Of a stretch of DNA of 64,000 nucleotides, positions 36,418-45,698 are shown in pieces. The translations under genes and the position numbers were made by a program. The stretch is from Candidatus Curtissbacteria bacterium RIFCSPLOWO2_02_41_11 (GTDB lineage: Bacteria; Patescibacteriota; Microgenomatia; Curtissbacterales; GWA2-41-24). Position 1 is the stretch's first letter. Each line of letters starts with the position of its first letter. The notes beneath the pieces were generated by a model. That model was not told the origin of the DNA, made no database searches, and worked only from the letters and a program-made list of their open reading frames with translations. The stretch lies in NCBI GenBank assembly GCA_001775055.1, contig MFBU01000015.1, positions 4,487 to 68,486 on the forward strand, given 5' to 3'.

Positions 36418-37419
36418 TTATTCATTGAAATCGCCTATATAGAATATTTCTTCTTTAAGGTTAAGACCGTAAGTGTTTTTAGCTTTTTCTTTGATTAGGT
36501 TTATTAATTCTAACACGTCTTGTGCTTTAGCTTCACCGGTATTAATAATAAAATTAGCATGACTCGCGGAAATTTGGGCATCACCAATTTTTGTCCCTTT
36601 AAGACCCAAGCTTTCAATAATGTAGCCAGTTGAGGTTGTCAAGCGAGGTGTAGCTAGACGTTTGGCGTCACTATCTGAAATATTGCGAAAGATACAACCC
36701 GAACAAGCCACGCCAATTGGTTGTTCTTGGTTGCGGCGTTTGACATTATCCATCGCTCTTTGCCAAAGATCTGCTTTATCACTGGCTGTATTAAGGCGGA
36801 ACACAGCCTCAAGAACAATCTCACCGGTTTTTTGAATTTTGGATGAGTCATAGGCAAAATTAAAATAGGCTTGATCGACATTTTTAAAGTCGCCCTTTTT
36901 CGGATTAAAAAGAGAGGCTGTGACCACTCTATCGCCGATAAATTCTCCTTTTTCAACTTCAAAATGGGCATTAATTTTAAGGCCTCCACCAATTGTTCCC
37001 GGTACTGAAAGTAAAAATTCTAAACCCGCCAAACCCTGATCGATGGTAAAACGTGCCAACTGATTCATTAAAGTCCCGGATGCTGCCCAAACTAAGGCGC
37101 TTTTAATGCCCCGACCGTGCTTATTGATGGTACCTTTAACGCCAACTAGCTTAATTGCTTCTGCCCGATTTTTGATAACAAAACCATCAAAACCTTTGTC
37201 AGAAACTAAAACATTGGCTCCTCCGCCTAAGACCACAAAAGGAATTTTGTACAGATGCGCAGTTTCAAGAGCAAGTTTTAAATCGTCCACACTTTTTGCT
37301 TCGAAGAAAAGCTTGGCTGGTCCGCCGATTTTAAAGTAGGTATGTTTTTTTAAGGGCTCGTTTTCATAAACGCGAAGCGGGCCTAAAACTTCTTTAATTT
37401 GATCAAGACTTTGAATCAT
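36418..37419 (-). CDS. murB: UDP-N-acetylenolpyruvoylglucosamine reductase
   Basis: HTYFKIGGPA, GLEFL..VPGTIGG, SGCIFRN, HANFIIN. Confidence 0.95.
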   Translation of the reverse strand: MIQSLDQIKEVLGPLRVYENEPLKKHTYFKIGGPAKLFFEAKSVDDLKLALETAHLYKIPFVVLGGGANVLVSDKGFDGFVIKNRAEAIKLVGVKGTINKHGRGIKSALVWAASGTLMNQLARFTIDQGLAGLEFLLSVPGTIGGGLKINAHFEVEKGEFIGDRVVTASLFNPKKGDFKNVDQAYFNFAYDSSKIQKTGEIVLEAVFRLNTASDKADLWQRAMDNVKRRNQEQPIGVACSGCIFRNISDSDAKRLATPRLTTSTGYIIESLGLKGTKIGDAQISASHANFIINTGEAKAQDVLELINLIKEKAKNTYGLNLKEEIFYIGDFNE

Positions 37420-39416
37420 AAAAGCATCTCATAAAGCTTGTAAACATCACCTGCGCCCATTAAGAGGATAATATCAAAATCAGCTAAATGATTTTTTAAA
37501 TACATTGCCGTTTCTTTTAGGGATCCGGTAAATGTTGCTTTGGGACCTACTGATTGCGCCAGTTTTTGGGCTAGTTTACTTCTATCCCCTTTTTCGCGAG
37601 CGGCATAAACTTCCGTTACCAAAATTTTATCAACCCTTGACTTTTTAAGATTTTTGACAAAATCATTAAAGAATGTTTTTATTCTTGAAAAAGTATGGGG
37701 TTCAAATACAAGCACAACCTTTTTATCTTTAAATTTCTCTTCTAAAGCATTAGCAGTTTTAAGTACTGTATATGGCTGGACAGCATAATCATCATAAACT
37801 TTGACATCATTAACCTCTCCTTTATATTCGAGTCTTCGTGCAATTCCTTTGAAGTTTTCGATTGATTTTTTAGCTTTGGTAATATTAAGTCCTAAAACTT
37901 TGGCTACTGTTAAAGCAGCATTAGCATTCTCACTCCTAAAATCACCAATTATCGAAAGATCGAGCTTGCCAAAGTCACCAATCTTGATAACTTTAATATC
38001 TTTTCTGATAAATTTTGTCAGTTGGGTAAAATTCCAAGTATTGGGAATTATGAGAGTACCATTTTTTTTAATTTTACTGACAAATTTTTTATAGGACCCA
38101 AAAAGCTGCTTTTTGGTTTTAAAATAATCCGGATGATCCCAGTCAAGATTTAAGACTACCGCGATATCCGGCTGATAATTTAAAAAGTTGTCATTATACT
38201 CATCGGCTTCGCAAACATAATAATTTGATTTACCGACCCTAAAATTTTGCTGCCATTCTAAAACAGTTGCGCCAATTTCACAGGTAGGATCCTTTCCCAA
38301 GTCCGTTAGGGTTTTGGCGATCATCGTTGTTGTTGTTGATTTTCCGTAGGCGCCGGCAACACATATTACGAATTTATCTTTTTGTAAATATTTTCCTTGG
38401 AATTCTTGCCAAGTCAGAATTGGGATTTGGACCTCTTTGGCGTATTTAAGTTCTTGATTTTTTGGATTAAATTTCAAAACTGCTGGAGAAATAACTAACA
38501 TTCCTATATCTTCAATGTGTGAAGGATTGTGGCCACTTCTAATCTTAATTTTTAAGTTTTGAGTATAGGGAGATTTGGGATTTAAATCGCAGCCAGTAAC
38601 CTCAAAGCCTGTAGCTTTGGCTATTCCAGCGATAGCGGCTGCTCCTGCACCGGCAATCCCCATAATATGGATTCTCTTCTGAAAGTTGAGGTTGACTGCT
38701 AAAAGCTCTTCTTTCGTATTAACACTCTGCCACTCATTCTCGTCCCCAAGGGGGAATGTTTCGACTTTTTGATTATCCCCTGTTGCAATGGCGATTAAAT
38801 CCGTGATGTATAACTCACTTGTTACTGGGGAAGGTTTAATTTTTGTCAAATTTTGCAAAAGCCAACGCTTATCAAAAAAATAAAGACTGGCATTTACTTC
38901 ATTAATCTTTTTTTGTACCGCTGAGGTATCTTTTTCCTCGACAATTGAGACAACTTTGCCATCCTTTCTAACTATCCGACCAAAATCTGTTGGATCGTCC
39001 TTTTTAACTGTGACAAAGGTCAGGGTTGCATCTGAATCTTGATGATGCTTAAAAACTTCAAGAATAGTTTCTGGTCGATAAAAAGCACTGTCGTCTCCGT
39101 ACATTACGGCTACGGTTAGCATGTTCTTATCGACAAGTTTTAGGCCACAACTTGCTGCATCAGCTGTTCCCAATGGAGATTTTTGTATCGTATATTTAAC
39201 ATCTTGAGGGATTTCTTTTTTGATTGCGACAAGATTTTGGGGATTGGCGACGATTATTATCTCATACGGATTGACCCGTTTTAAGATTTCAATAGTCCGA
39301 ACAATCATCGGCTTTCCGGCAATTCTATGAAGAACCTTAGATAATTTTGATTCCATTCTCTTGCCTTCACCAGCGGCAAGCACAATGACCGCGAATGGAA
39401 GTTTTTTATTTTGCAT
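37416..39416 (-). CDS. murC: Fusion of GlmU-like nucleotidyltransferase domain and MurC (UDP-MurNAc:L-Ala ligase)
   Basis: N-terminal LAAGEGKRMES..KVLH, Q..PLGTADA, E.YITD; C-terminal HIMGIAGAG, GAYGKSTTT, EADEY, DHPD, RRLE, DDYA, FEPHTFSR. Confidence 0.88.
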   Translation of the reverse strand: MQNKKLPFAVIVLAAGEGKRMESKLSKVLHRIAGKPMIVRTIEILKRVNPYEIIIVANPQNLVAIKKEIPQDVKYTIQKSPLGTADAASCGLKLVDKNMLTVAVMYGDDSAFYRPETILEVFKHHQDSDATLTFVTVKKDDPTDFGRIVRKDGKVVSIVEEKDTSAVQKKINEVNASLYFFDKRWLLQNLTKIKPSPVTSELYITDLIAIATGDNQKVETFPLGDENEWQSVNTKEELLAVNLNFQKRIHIMGIAGAGAAAIAGIAKATGFEVTGCDLNPKSPYTQNLKIKIRSGHNPSHIEDIGMLVISPAVLKFNPKNQELKYAKEVQIPILTWQEFQGKYLQKDKFVICVAGAYGKSTTTTMIAKTLTDLGKDPTCEIGATVLEWQQNFRVGKSNYYVCEADEYNDNFLNYQPDIAVVLNLDWDHPDYFKTKKQLFGSYKKFVSKIKKNGTLIIPNTWNFTQLTKFIRKDIKVIKIGDFGKLDLSIIGDFRSENANAALTVAKVLGLNITKAKKSIENFKGIARRLEYKGEVNDVKVYDDYAVQPYTVLKTANALEEKFKDKKVVLVFEPHTFSRIKTFFNDFVKNLKKSRVDKILVTEVYAAREKGDRSKLAQKLAQSVGPKATFTGSLKETAMYLKNHLADFDIILLMGAGDVYKLYEMLL

Positions 39417-40611
39417 TTAGTCTCCTTTCGATAGCCTTTTTAACAACTTTAAACTCATCCCAAGGATACTCTTTTTTACCGTAGGTTATACTTTTTTCGT
39501 GACTCTTACCAAAAAGTGCAACAATATCGTCTTTTTGCGCTAACTTGACGGCAAATTCGATGGCCTTTACCCGATCATAAATTTGATAAAAATCTTTATT
39601 CTCTTTTTTCCCTCTTGATGTTAATCCTTTGGCGATCTGATCACAGATATCTTCGACCTTCTCACTTCTGGGATCTTCGGCAGTTAAGACTGAAATGTCG
39701 GCGCCTTCGGCTGCAGTTTTGCCCATCAGACTTCTTTTTGTCTTATCGCGCTCTCCAGCTGCGCCGAAAACGGCAATCAATTTGGATTTGGGATTTGGAA
39801 CTTGGGATTTTATAGTTCTAAGAGATCGTTCTAGAGCATTTGGGGTATGTGCAAAATCGACGATTACCTTGAAATTCTGACCAAGATTGATCTCCTCCAT
39901 TCTGCCTAAAACTCCTTTGAAGTTATTTAAGGCCTTTTGGATTTTGGACTTATAGATACCCAAAGTACTGGTGGCTACAGCAGCAGCCAGTGCATTGGCC
40001 AAGTTGTAATCGCCGACAATTTTTAGATTGAGGGGAAAATTTTTAAGGTTAAAATCAGCCGAAGAGTTGAGAGAATAGGTAATAGCCTGACCATCTACCT
40101 TTGATTTTAGAAAATCAAATGATCTGTCATCGGCATTAAGGATTGAAAAGTTGACATTTTTAAAAAGTTTGGCTTTGGCTTGAGCATAACTTTGCCAGCT
40201 TTTGTGATAATCCAAATGCTCATGAGAAATGTTAGTGATAACCGCAACCTTAAATTTAACGAAAGCTAAGCGATTTTGATCCAAGCCATGGGAAGTCGCT
40301 TCTAATACGAAATATTGACTACCCAAATCAACCGCCTTTTTCAAAAACTTTTGGACTTGCCAAGGATTAGGCGTAGTAACATGGAAACCGGTATCAAAGG
40401 TTTTAGGACCAATTCTGGCCGCAACTGATGAAATCATAGAAACTTTGAAACCTACTGCTTTTAAGATCTCATAAATCATCTGAACGGTAGTAGTTTTGCC
40501 GTCCGTGCCGGTTACGCCAATGATAACTAAATCCTTAGATGGAAAATTGAAGATGAGAGCAGCCAAAAAAGCCTGGACAAAATGATAGTAATTTTTAATT
40601 TTCTGCCACAT
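39406..40611 (-). CDS. murE: UDP-MurNAc-dipeptide:diamino acid ligase (N-terminally short)
   Basis: GVTGTDGKTTT, EATSHGL.Q.R, HEHLDYH, DFAHTP, EDPR, GKSHE. Confidence 0.93.
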   Translation of the reverse strand: MWQKIKNYYHFVQAFLAALIFNFPSKDLVIIGVTGTDGKTTTVQMIYEILKAVGFKVSMISSVAARIGPKTFDTGFHVTTPNPWQVQKFLKKAVDLGSQYFVLEATSHGLDQNRLAFVKFKVAVITNISHEHLDYHKSWQSYAQAKAKLFKNVNFSILNADDRSFDFLKSKVDGQAITYSLNSSADFNLKNFPLNLKIVGDYNLANALAAAVATSTLGIYKSKIQKALNNFKGVLGRMEEINLGQNFKVIVDFAHTPNALERSLRTIKSQVPNPKSKLIAVFGAAGERDKTKRSLMGKTAAEGADISVLTAEDPRSEKVEDICDQIAKGLTSRGKKENKDFYQIYDRVKAIEFAVKLAQKDDIVALFGKSHEKSITYGKKEYPWDEFKVVKKAIERRLNAK

Positions 40612-40681
40612 TCAAGATGAGATAATTATACAGATTGCAAGCTAATCTGTCCTATTTTGCCAAAAAACCAAGGAGGGTCAA

Positions 40682-40957
40682 TTATTGTCTTTTGGTAATG
40701 CTGAAGTTTTTCAGTAACGAATCAAGTTTCAACTTTTTTTTGGCAAAGAAGAATAAATAAGCTATCTCAAGAATCCCAAGAGTATTCAAAATCAATATCG
40801 CCACAAACCAGTACTTTTCTTCGTTTTGTGCCGAATACCAGAGCCCTAAACCTTTCCAAAGAAATGTCCATAAAAGAAATGGTACAAGTAACCAAACGGC
40901 AACCGATCCAAAAGGATTCCTAATTGATGGGAAAAAATTACGTAATAAAATATCCAT
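40682..40957 (-). CDS. DUF5652-like small membrane protein
   Basis: LWTFLWKGLGLWYSA....YWF.AILILNTLGILEIAYL; start ATG 40957. Confidence 0.8.
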   Translation of the reverse strand: MDILLRNFFPSIRNPFGSVAVWLLVPFLLWTFLWKGLGLWYSAQNEEKYWFVAILILNTLGILEIAYLFFFAKKKLKLDSLLKNFSITKRQ

Positions 40958-40970
40958 TTTTAAAATTATA

Positions 40971-42713
40971 TCATCGTTTAGGAGCAATTCCATAATAATT
41001 AAATAACTCTTTGGCAATCCCAAAAAATGTAGGCGCAGCAGTTTCTGAACCAAAAGGCGATGAAGATGGCTCAGAAAACCTGACCATCATCACAAAGCGC
41101 GGATCATCGGCCGGAGCAAATCCGACAAAGGAAGCAATAGTTTTATTGGGGTCGTAATGACCGGCAACGGGAATCTGAGCGGTTCCGGTCTTGCCGGCAA
41201 TGCGATAGCCTTTGGGCGCAAACGCGCGTGCTTCTCCATTTTCCACAGCATTAACCATCATTTCGGTCATTTGAGCCGCGGTTTTGGGCGAGATTACCTG
41301 TCTTTCTCCTTGTGCTTTTACTTTTTCTTCCTTTTGCCCATCGACAATTTTATCAACTAGATGCAAAGTTAAAAGCTTGCCTTTATTGGCGATTATTAAA
41401 ACAGCCTCAACCATTTGAATCGGTGTAACAGCAATTCCTTGACCAAATGAGGCAGTCGCTAAATCAATTACTTTCCAATCCTTTTTTTCGCGAACATATC
41501 CGGTTGATTCTTCTTGCAAATCAATATCAGTACGCTGCCCAAATCCAAATTTTTTAATATAATCATAAAATTTATCAATTCCTAATTTCTCTGAAACAAA
41601 GGTCATGCCGACATTATCAGAATGCTGAATTATTTCAGTCATGGTTGAATTGGGATAATATTTTTTGTTCCAAGTTGAGATTTCATAACCGCCGATTTGT
41701 CTTGGACCTGAACAAACATCACAACGGGTTATTGGCTCAACAACTGAAACATCAAGAGCCGTAGACATTACTACAATCTTAAAGATAGATCCCGGTTCAA
41801 AGGTGTCGGCTACGGCCGGATTCTTATAGAATTTTTCATCAAACTCTTGCCAAACAGCAGGATTATAAGTAGGATAAGTCGCCATTGACAGTATCCCCCC
41901 GGTTTTAGGATCGGCAACAATTACCGTTCCGTCGCGGGCGCCATATTTTTCAACAGCTTGCTTTAAACTCCTCTCAACCATAAACTGAATGCTTCTGTCC
42001 AAAGTTAAATACAACGACGCCCCTTTTTGAGGCTCAATCGGCCGGTATTTACCAACTAAAATCGGAAAGCCGAAAGGATCGGTTTCCTGACCTAGGCGGC
42101 CACTTTTGCCACGAAGCCGACGATCCCAGTATCCTTCTAGGCCGTAATAACCGGTATCTACCCCAAATTTGTCGGACCCGACAAATCCAAGAAGCTGGGC
42201 TGCCATTGAGCTTTCAGGATAAAACCGCTTTTGGTCAGCTTCAAAGCCCAAACCGGCAATATTCATTGCTTGGATTTTTTCTTTGGCATCTTTGGTTATT
42301 TTTCTTGATAATTGAACCCAAAAAAGAGTTTTTGTAGCAAGTCGATTGGTTAATTCTTCCTCTTTGGTCTTAATTTCGGCGTCTTTTGCTTTTTGTTCAT
42401 CTTCTGAAAGACCTGCTGACGCCGTGGCATACTTTTCCGAAATCAGATAAGGAGCGATCTTTTGGGCAATATCTTTGGGGCTTTGTTTTAGATCATGGGG
42501 TTTGCCATAAATTAAAAAAGCTTCTTGATTGGTAACTAATGGAAAGTCCTGTGAATCATAGATTTCTCCACGAGCCGCCGGCAGATTATCTTCAGATATG
42601 ATTGACTCAAAATTACCCTGTACTTTGGCAATAAACTGCCAATAAAAAAGTCTAGCAACAATCATTATGGCAATCACGAAAATAAAGATTTGGACTGCCT
42701 TAATTCTGTCCAT
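40971..42713 (-). CDS. ftsI: Class B penicillin-binding protein (FtsI/PBP3)
   Basis: RGEIYD, EPGSIFK (SxxK), SDN, KTGTAQ. Confidence 0.93.
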   Translation of the reverse strand: MDRIKAVQIFIFVIAIMIVARLFYWQFIAKVQGNFESIISEDNLPAARGEIYDSQDFPLVTNQEAFLIYGKPHDLKQSPKDIAQKIAPYLISEKYATASAGLSEDEQKAKDAEIKTKEEELTNRLATKTLFWVQLSRKITKDAKEKIQAMNIAGLGFEADQKRFYPESSMAAQLLGFVGSDKFGVDTGYYGLEGYWDRRLRGKSGRLGQETDPFGFPILVGKYRPIEPQKGASLYLTLDRSIQFMVERSLKQAVEKYGARDGTVIVADPKTGGILSMATYPTYNPAVWQEFDEKFYKNPAVADTFEPGSIFKIVVMSTALDVSVVEPITRCDVCSGPRQIGGYEISTWNKKYYPNSTMTEIIQHSDNVGMTFVSEKLGIDKFYDYIKKFGFGQRTDIDLQEESTGYVREKKDWKVIDLATASFGQGIAVTPIQMVEAVLIIANKGKLLTLHLVDKIVDGQKEEKVKAQGERQVISPKTAAQMTEMMVNAVENGEARAFAPKGYRIAGKTGTAQIPVAGHYDPNKTIASFVGFAPADDPRFVMMVRFSEPSSSPFGSETAAPTFFGIAKELFNYYGIAPKR

Positions 42714-42739
42714 GTCTACCTCTATCTTCTAGTTTATCA

Positions 42740-43048
42740 TTAAGGAGTTATTACTTGTGAGGGCTTAGCGAAACCTAATTTTTGAGCTTTTTCGGAAAGC
42801 GTATTAAGAGACGATTCTTGGGCAATTTCTACCTTAAGGGTCGTATTTTCCGCCTCCAGTTTTTTTATTTCCTCATGAATTTTAGCCAGCTTCTCTCCGT
42901 CTGTTGCCAGATTATTGGCAAAAACTAACTGGGCAAAAAATGAAGCGCTTACCAACAGACCAATGATCACTAAAACTTTAACCTTAATTTTGCCAATAAG
43001 GTTAAAGTTATCTTTCTTTTTGATTTTAAAATCAGATACGGGCAGCAT
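42740..43048 (-). CDS. ftsL: FtsL-like cell division protein
   Basis: TM plus coiled coil, A.KLGF; lies between rsmH and ftsI. Confidence 0.75.
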   Translation of the reverse strand: MLPVSDFKIKKKDNFNLIGKIKVKVLVIIGLLVSASFFAQLVFANNLATDGEKLAKIHEEIKKLEAENTTLKVEIAQESSLNTLSEKAQKLGFAKPSQVITP

Positions 43049-43060
43049 ATCTTCCTTAAT

Positions 43061-43142
43061 TTAAGGGGACACTAAGGTTTCCCCTTAATATTCCTCTTCC
43101 TTTAGATGACAAAGTTTCCCTGGCAAAGCCAGATGAAACTTT
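43061..43142 (-). ncRNA. Putative two-hairpin leader RNA motif, copy B
   Basis: Shares sequence and structure with 13492-13575. Confidence 0.55.
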
Positions 43143-43153
43143 AATTTTATTTC

Positions 43154-44035
43154 TTAAATTCTTTCCGCAACGCGCAATTTGGCGCTTCTGGCACGCGGAT
43201 TCGCTTCAATTTCCGAATTTTCGGGGCCGATTGGCTTTGGAGTCAAAATCTTAAGTCTCGACTCCTGCTTGAAGAATCGTTTGACTATTCCATCTTCAAG
43301 CGAGTGATAACTCACAATCACCAATCGGCCTCCAATTTCTAGCAAATCTACAGTCTGCGGTAAAGAATCTTCTAAATTTAAAAGTTCGCTATTGACAACA
43401 AGTCTTAAGGCCAAAAAAGTCTTTGTCGCCGGATGAATCCTTTTGTTTTTTCTTTTAATGTGCCTTGCGTAAACTGCCTCAACAATCTTGGCAAGTTCAG
43501 TTGTCGTTTCAATTGTTTTTACCTGACGGGCGCGACAAATAGCGTCAGCAATTGGCCAACTAAGCTCTTCTTGAGAATACGTCTTAAAAATTTCATTTAA
43601 CCTCCTTTTGTCAAAATTATTAACTAGATCAAATGCCCGCACATTAAGATTTGGATCCATGCGCATATCCAAAGGCCCCTCGTGGATAAAGCTAAATCCT
43701 CTTCTTGCTTCCTCTAGTTGATGTGACGAAACGCCTAGATCGAAAAGGATGCCGGATAGTTGACTAAAACCTTCGCTTTTGGCAATTTCCCCGATCTGAC
43801 TAAAATTCCCGCAAACCAAAACCAACTTTTGGCTTTTAGCTTTTAGCTTTTGGCTTTTTTTAATGTGCTTTATCGCTTCTGGATCCCGATCAATCCCTAA
43901 AACCTTTCCACCTCGCTTTAAAAGCTCAAATGCATGGCCTCCGCCCCCAACGGTCGCATCGATAAACAATTTCCCCCTCGCTGGATCTAAAAATTCTATT
44001 GTCTTTTGTAAAAGTACCGGCCTGTGATATTTCAC
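43154..44035 (-). CDS. rsmH: 16S rRNA m4C1402 methyltransferase
   Basis: H.PVLL, DATVGGGGH, DLGVSS.Q, PLDMRMD, HSLED, NPRARSAKLR. Confidence 0.97.
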   Translation of the reverse strand: MKYHRPVLLQKTIEFLDPARGKLFIDATVGGGGHAFELLKRGGKVLGIDRDPEAIKHIKKSQKLKAKSQKLVLVCGNFSQIGEIAKSEGFSQLSGILFDLGVSSHQLEEARRGFSFIHEGPLDMRMDPNLNVRAFDLVNNFDKRRLNEIFKTYSQEELSWPIADAICRARQVKTIETTTELAKIVEAVYARHIKRKNKRIHPATKTFLALRLVVNSELLNLEDSLPQTVDLLEIGGRLVIVSYHSLEDGIVKRFFKQESRLKILTPKPIGPENSEIEANPRARSAKLRVAERI

Positions 44036-44430
44036 TTTATCCTCCCAAGTTTCAACCTATGCTTTTGCCAATTAAACTCTTCCCAAATTTCGAAATGATC
44101 ACCGGCCCCGATAATTATTGGTTTTTTAATTTGCGCGTACCCCAGTAAGTCGCCAGGTATAACAAAGCGACCTTGACCATCGAGTTTGACAACGGTTGCA
44201 GCGGAGAAAAAGAAACGGCGTATATCGCGTGAGCTTCTATCGGAAATAGGAGTCGTAAGCTGTCTAGCCGATTCCTTTTCCCAAGTTTTGATGTCAAAAC
44301 CGAAGATACAATTTTCGTAGCCGAGAGATAAAATGATTTCGCTTGTCGCAAGATAGTCACGTATTTTTTTTGGTAAAGCAACCCTTTTGGATTTTAAATT
44401 AAATGAAGGTTTGTAGCTGCCCAGAAACAC
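44032..44430 (-). CDS. mraZ: Transcriptional regulator MraZ
   Basis: MFLGSY, LDGQGRFVIP, GAGDHFEIW. Confidence 0.95.
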   Translation of the reverse strand: MFLGSYKPSFNLKSKRVALPKKIRDYLATSEIILSLGYENCIFGFDIKTWEKESARQLTTPISDRSSRDIRRFFFSAATVVKLDGQGRFVIPGDLLGYAQIKKPIIIGAGDHFEIWEEFNWQKHRLKLGRIK

Positions 44431-44553
44431 TTTTCACCTTACAAGCTCCTTTTTACTCCCGGGCAGCAGTCGGTAAAAGGGGATTAACTTGAAAGGACTT
44501 CTATCTTTTAACTCTTACCCCTTTTTGCTCTTACGGGTTAGATGGCTAAAATT

Positions 44554-44606
44554 CACCATTTATCACCATCTATTACCATTTTTCACCATTAAATATTGAT
44601 TGTCAA
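44554..44606 (-). promoter_or_regulatory. dcw promoter with putative MraZ-binding direct repeats
   Basis: Minus-strand TTGACA (44606-44601), then ATGGTG/ATGGTA x4 at 10-bp spacing. Confidence 0.75.
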
Positions 44607-44660
44607 GACCCCAAACTGGCACCTATCCCCACACGACAGGTAAAGTGATATAATTTCGGT

Positions 44661-44801
44661 ATGGATTTAAAATATATTGCATTTCTAGTGGTAGTGATGG
44701 CGATTTTCTATTTCGCTCCCTCCGAAATGCGGCAATTTTTAATCTTTTTTGCTGTAATAGCGATTTTTATAAATCAAACGATTCACCACCAGAAAAAGTA
44801 A
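44661..44801 (+). CDS. Small membrane protein (46 aa), not in ORF track
   Basis: MDLKYIAFLVVVMAIFYFAPSEMRQFLIFFAVIAIFINQTIHHQKK*; TGaTATAAT 6 nt upstream. Confidence 0.6.
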   Translation: MDLKYIAFLVVVMAIFYFAPSEMRQFLIFFAVIAIFINQTIHHQKK

Positions 44802-44852
44802 GTTTGACTAAATAAGGCTAAAAGCCTAAAATTATCTTAATAACGTGTGATT

Positions 44853-44878
44853 AGACGCCACGAGTGGGCGTCTTTTTT
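44853..44878 (+). terminator. Intrinsic terminator
   Basis: AGACGCC-ACGAGTG-GGCGTCT-TTTTT. Confidence 0.75.
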
Positions 44879-44988
44879 GCGTGAAAGGGGCAAAAAGCCT
44901 TGACAGCATCTTATTTAGAGGGAGGACAATTTAAATATGGGATTAATCAATAAAAAACTCCTTTTGGCGAAGGAGTTAAAGAAACAAA

Positions 44989-45168
44989 ATGAATATTAAC
45001 GACCTAAAAGCATTAGTGCACTTTATTATGCCGTCAGTCAACTCAAATAAAAATCTGACAGTTAAGGATTTGGTCTTTTGGATTATTAGAATTGCTGTTG
45101 GACTTTTTGTATTATGGTTTGTTGTATATGTCCTTAATTTCCATTTTTCCATTGGCTTTGGAAGGTAA
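44989..45168 (+). CDS. Small membrane protein (59 aa), not in ORF track
   Basis: MNINDLKALVHFIMPSVNSNKNLTVKDLVFWIIRIAVGLFVLWFVVYVLNFHFSIGFGR*. Confidence 0.5.
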   Translation: MNINDLKALVHFIMPSVNSNKNLTVKDLVFWIIRIAVGLFVLWFVVYVLNFHFSIGFGR

Positions 45169-45182
45169 ATCTGAAACCATTA

Positions 45183-45217
45183 CACCTCGGAGGTGAAAAC
45201 GTAGCTACACCTCGGGA
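45183..45217. repeat. Short palindromic REP-like pair
   Basis: CACCTCGGAGGTG and CACCTCGGGA between convergent genes. Confidence 0.6.
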
Positions 45218-45233
45218 TATGATAGTTTTCTGC

Positions 45234-45698
45234 CTAAGGTACAAATTCTTTCCTCTCGTAGCCGAAGAGCGGGCCGTAGTAGATGTAGATTTTGGTGGGT
45301 TTTAGAACGAACCAACTACGTCCTTCGGTTAGGGTATTGACTTCTTCTAAGGTTTTGGGCATGTGGGGAGTTCCGCGCTTGGCAAAATATTCACGGGCGG
45401 CTCCCAAAATTTGTTCTTCTGGAAGTCGCATTGCCTTTCCTTCGATTTGTAAACCCTTGTCTTGACCGCCACCGGTCGGTTGTTTATTGATGGCTGCAGC
45501 GACTTGTGGGTTTTTCTCAAGTTCAACAGTATGTCGGGTGTTATCAAATGAGATCCAATAAAGATTGAAGTTGGCGTCATGTCCAAAAACTAAAGTCGCT
45601 ACCCATGGACCTTTTGCGGAGAAAGTGGCCAAAATCATTTCGCGGGAGTCTCTTAAGATTTCTTCGATTAGATGTCTTAGGTCTGGGTTTTTATCCAT
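45234..45698 (-). CDS. Pyridoxamine 5'-phosphate oxidase-like FMN-binding protein
   Basis: MILAT...PWVA, LYWIS...TRH...L.KNPQVA, GLQIEG. Confidence 0.85.
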   Translation of the reverse strand: MDKNPDLRHLIEEILRDSREMILATFSAKGPWVATLVFGHDANFNLYWISFDNTRHTVELEKNPQVAAAINKQPTGGGQDKGLQIEGKAMRLPEEQILGAAREYFAKRGTPHMPKTLEEVNTLTEGRSWFVLKPTKIYIYYGPLFGYERKEFVP

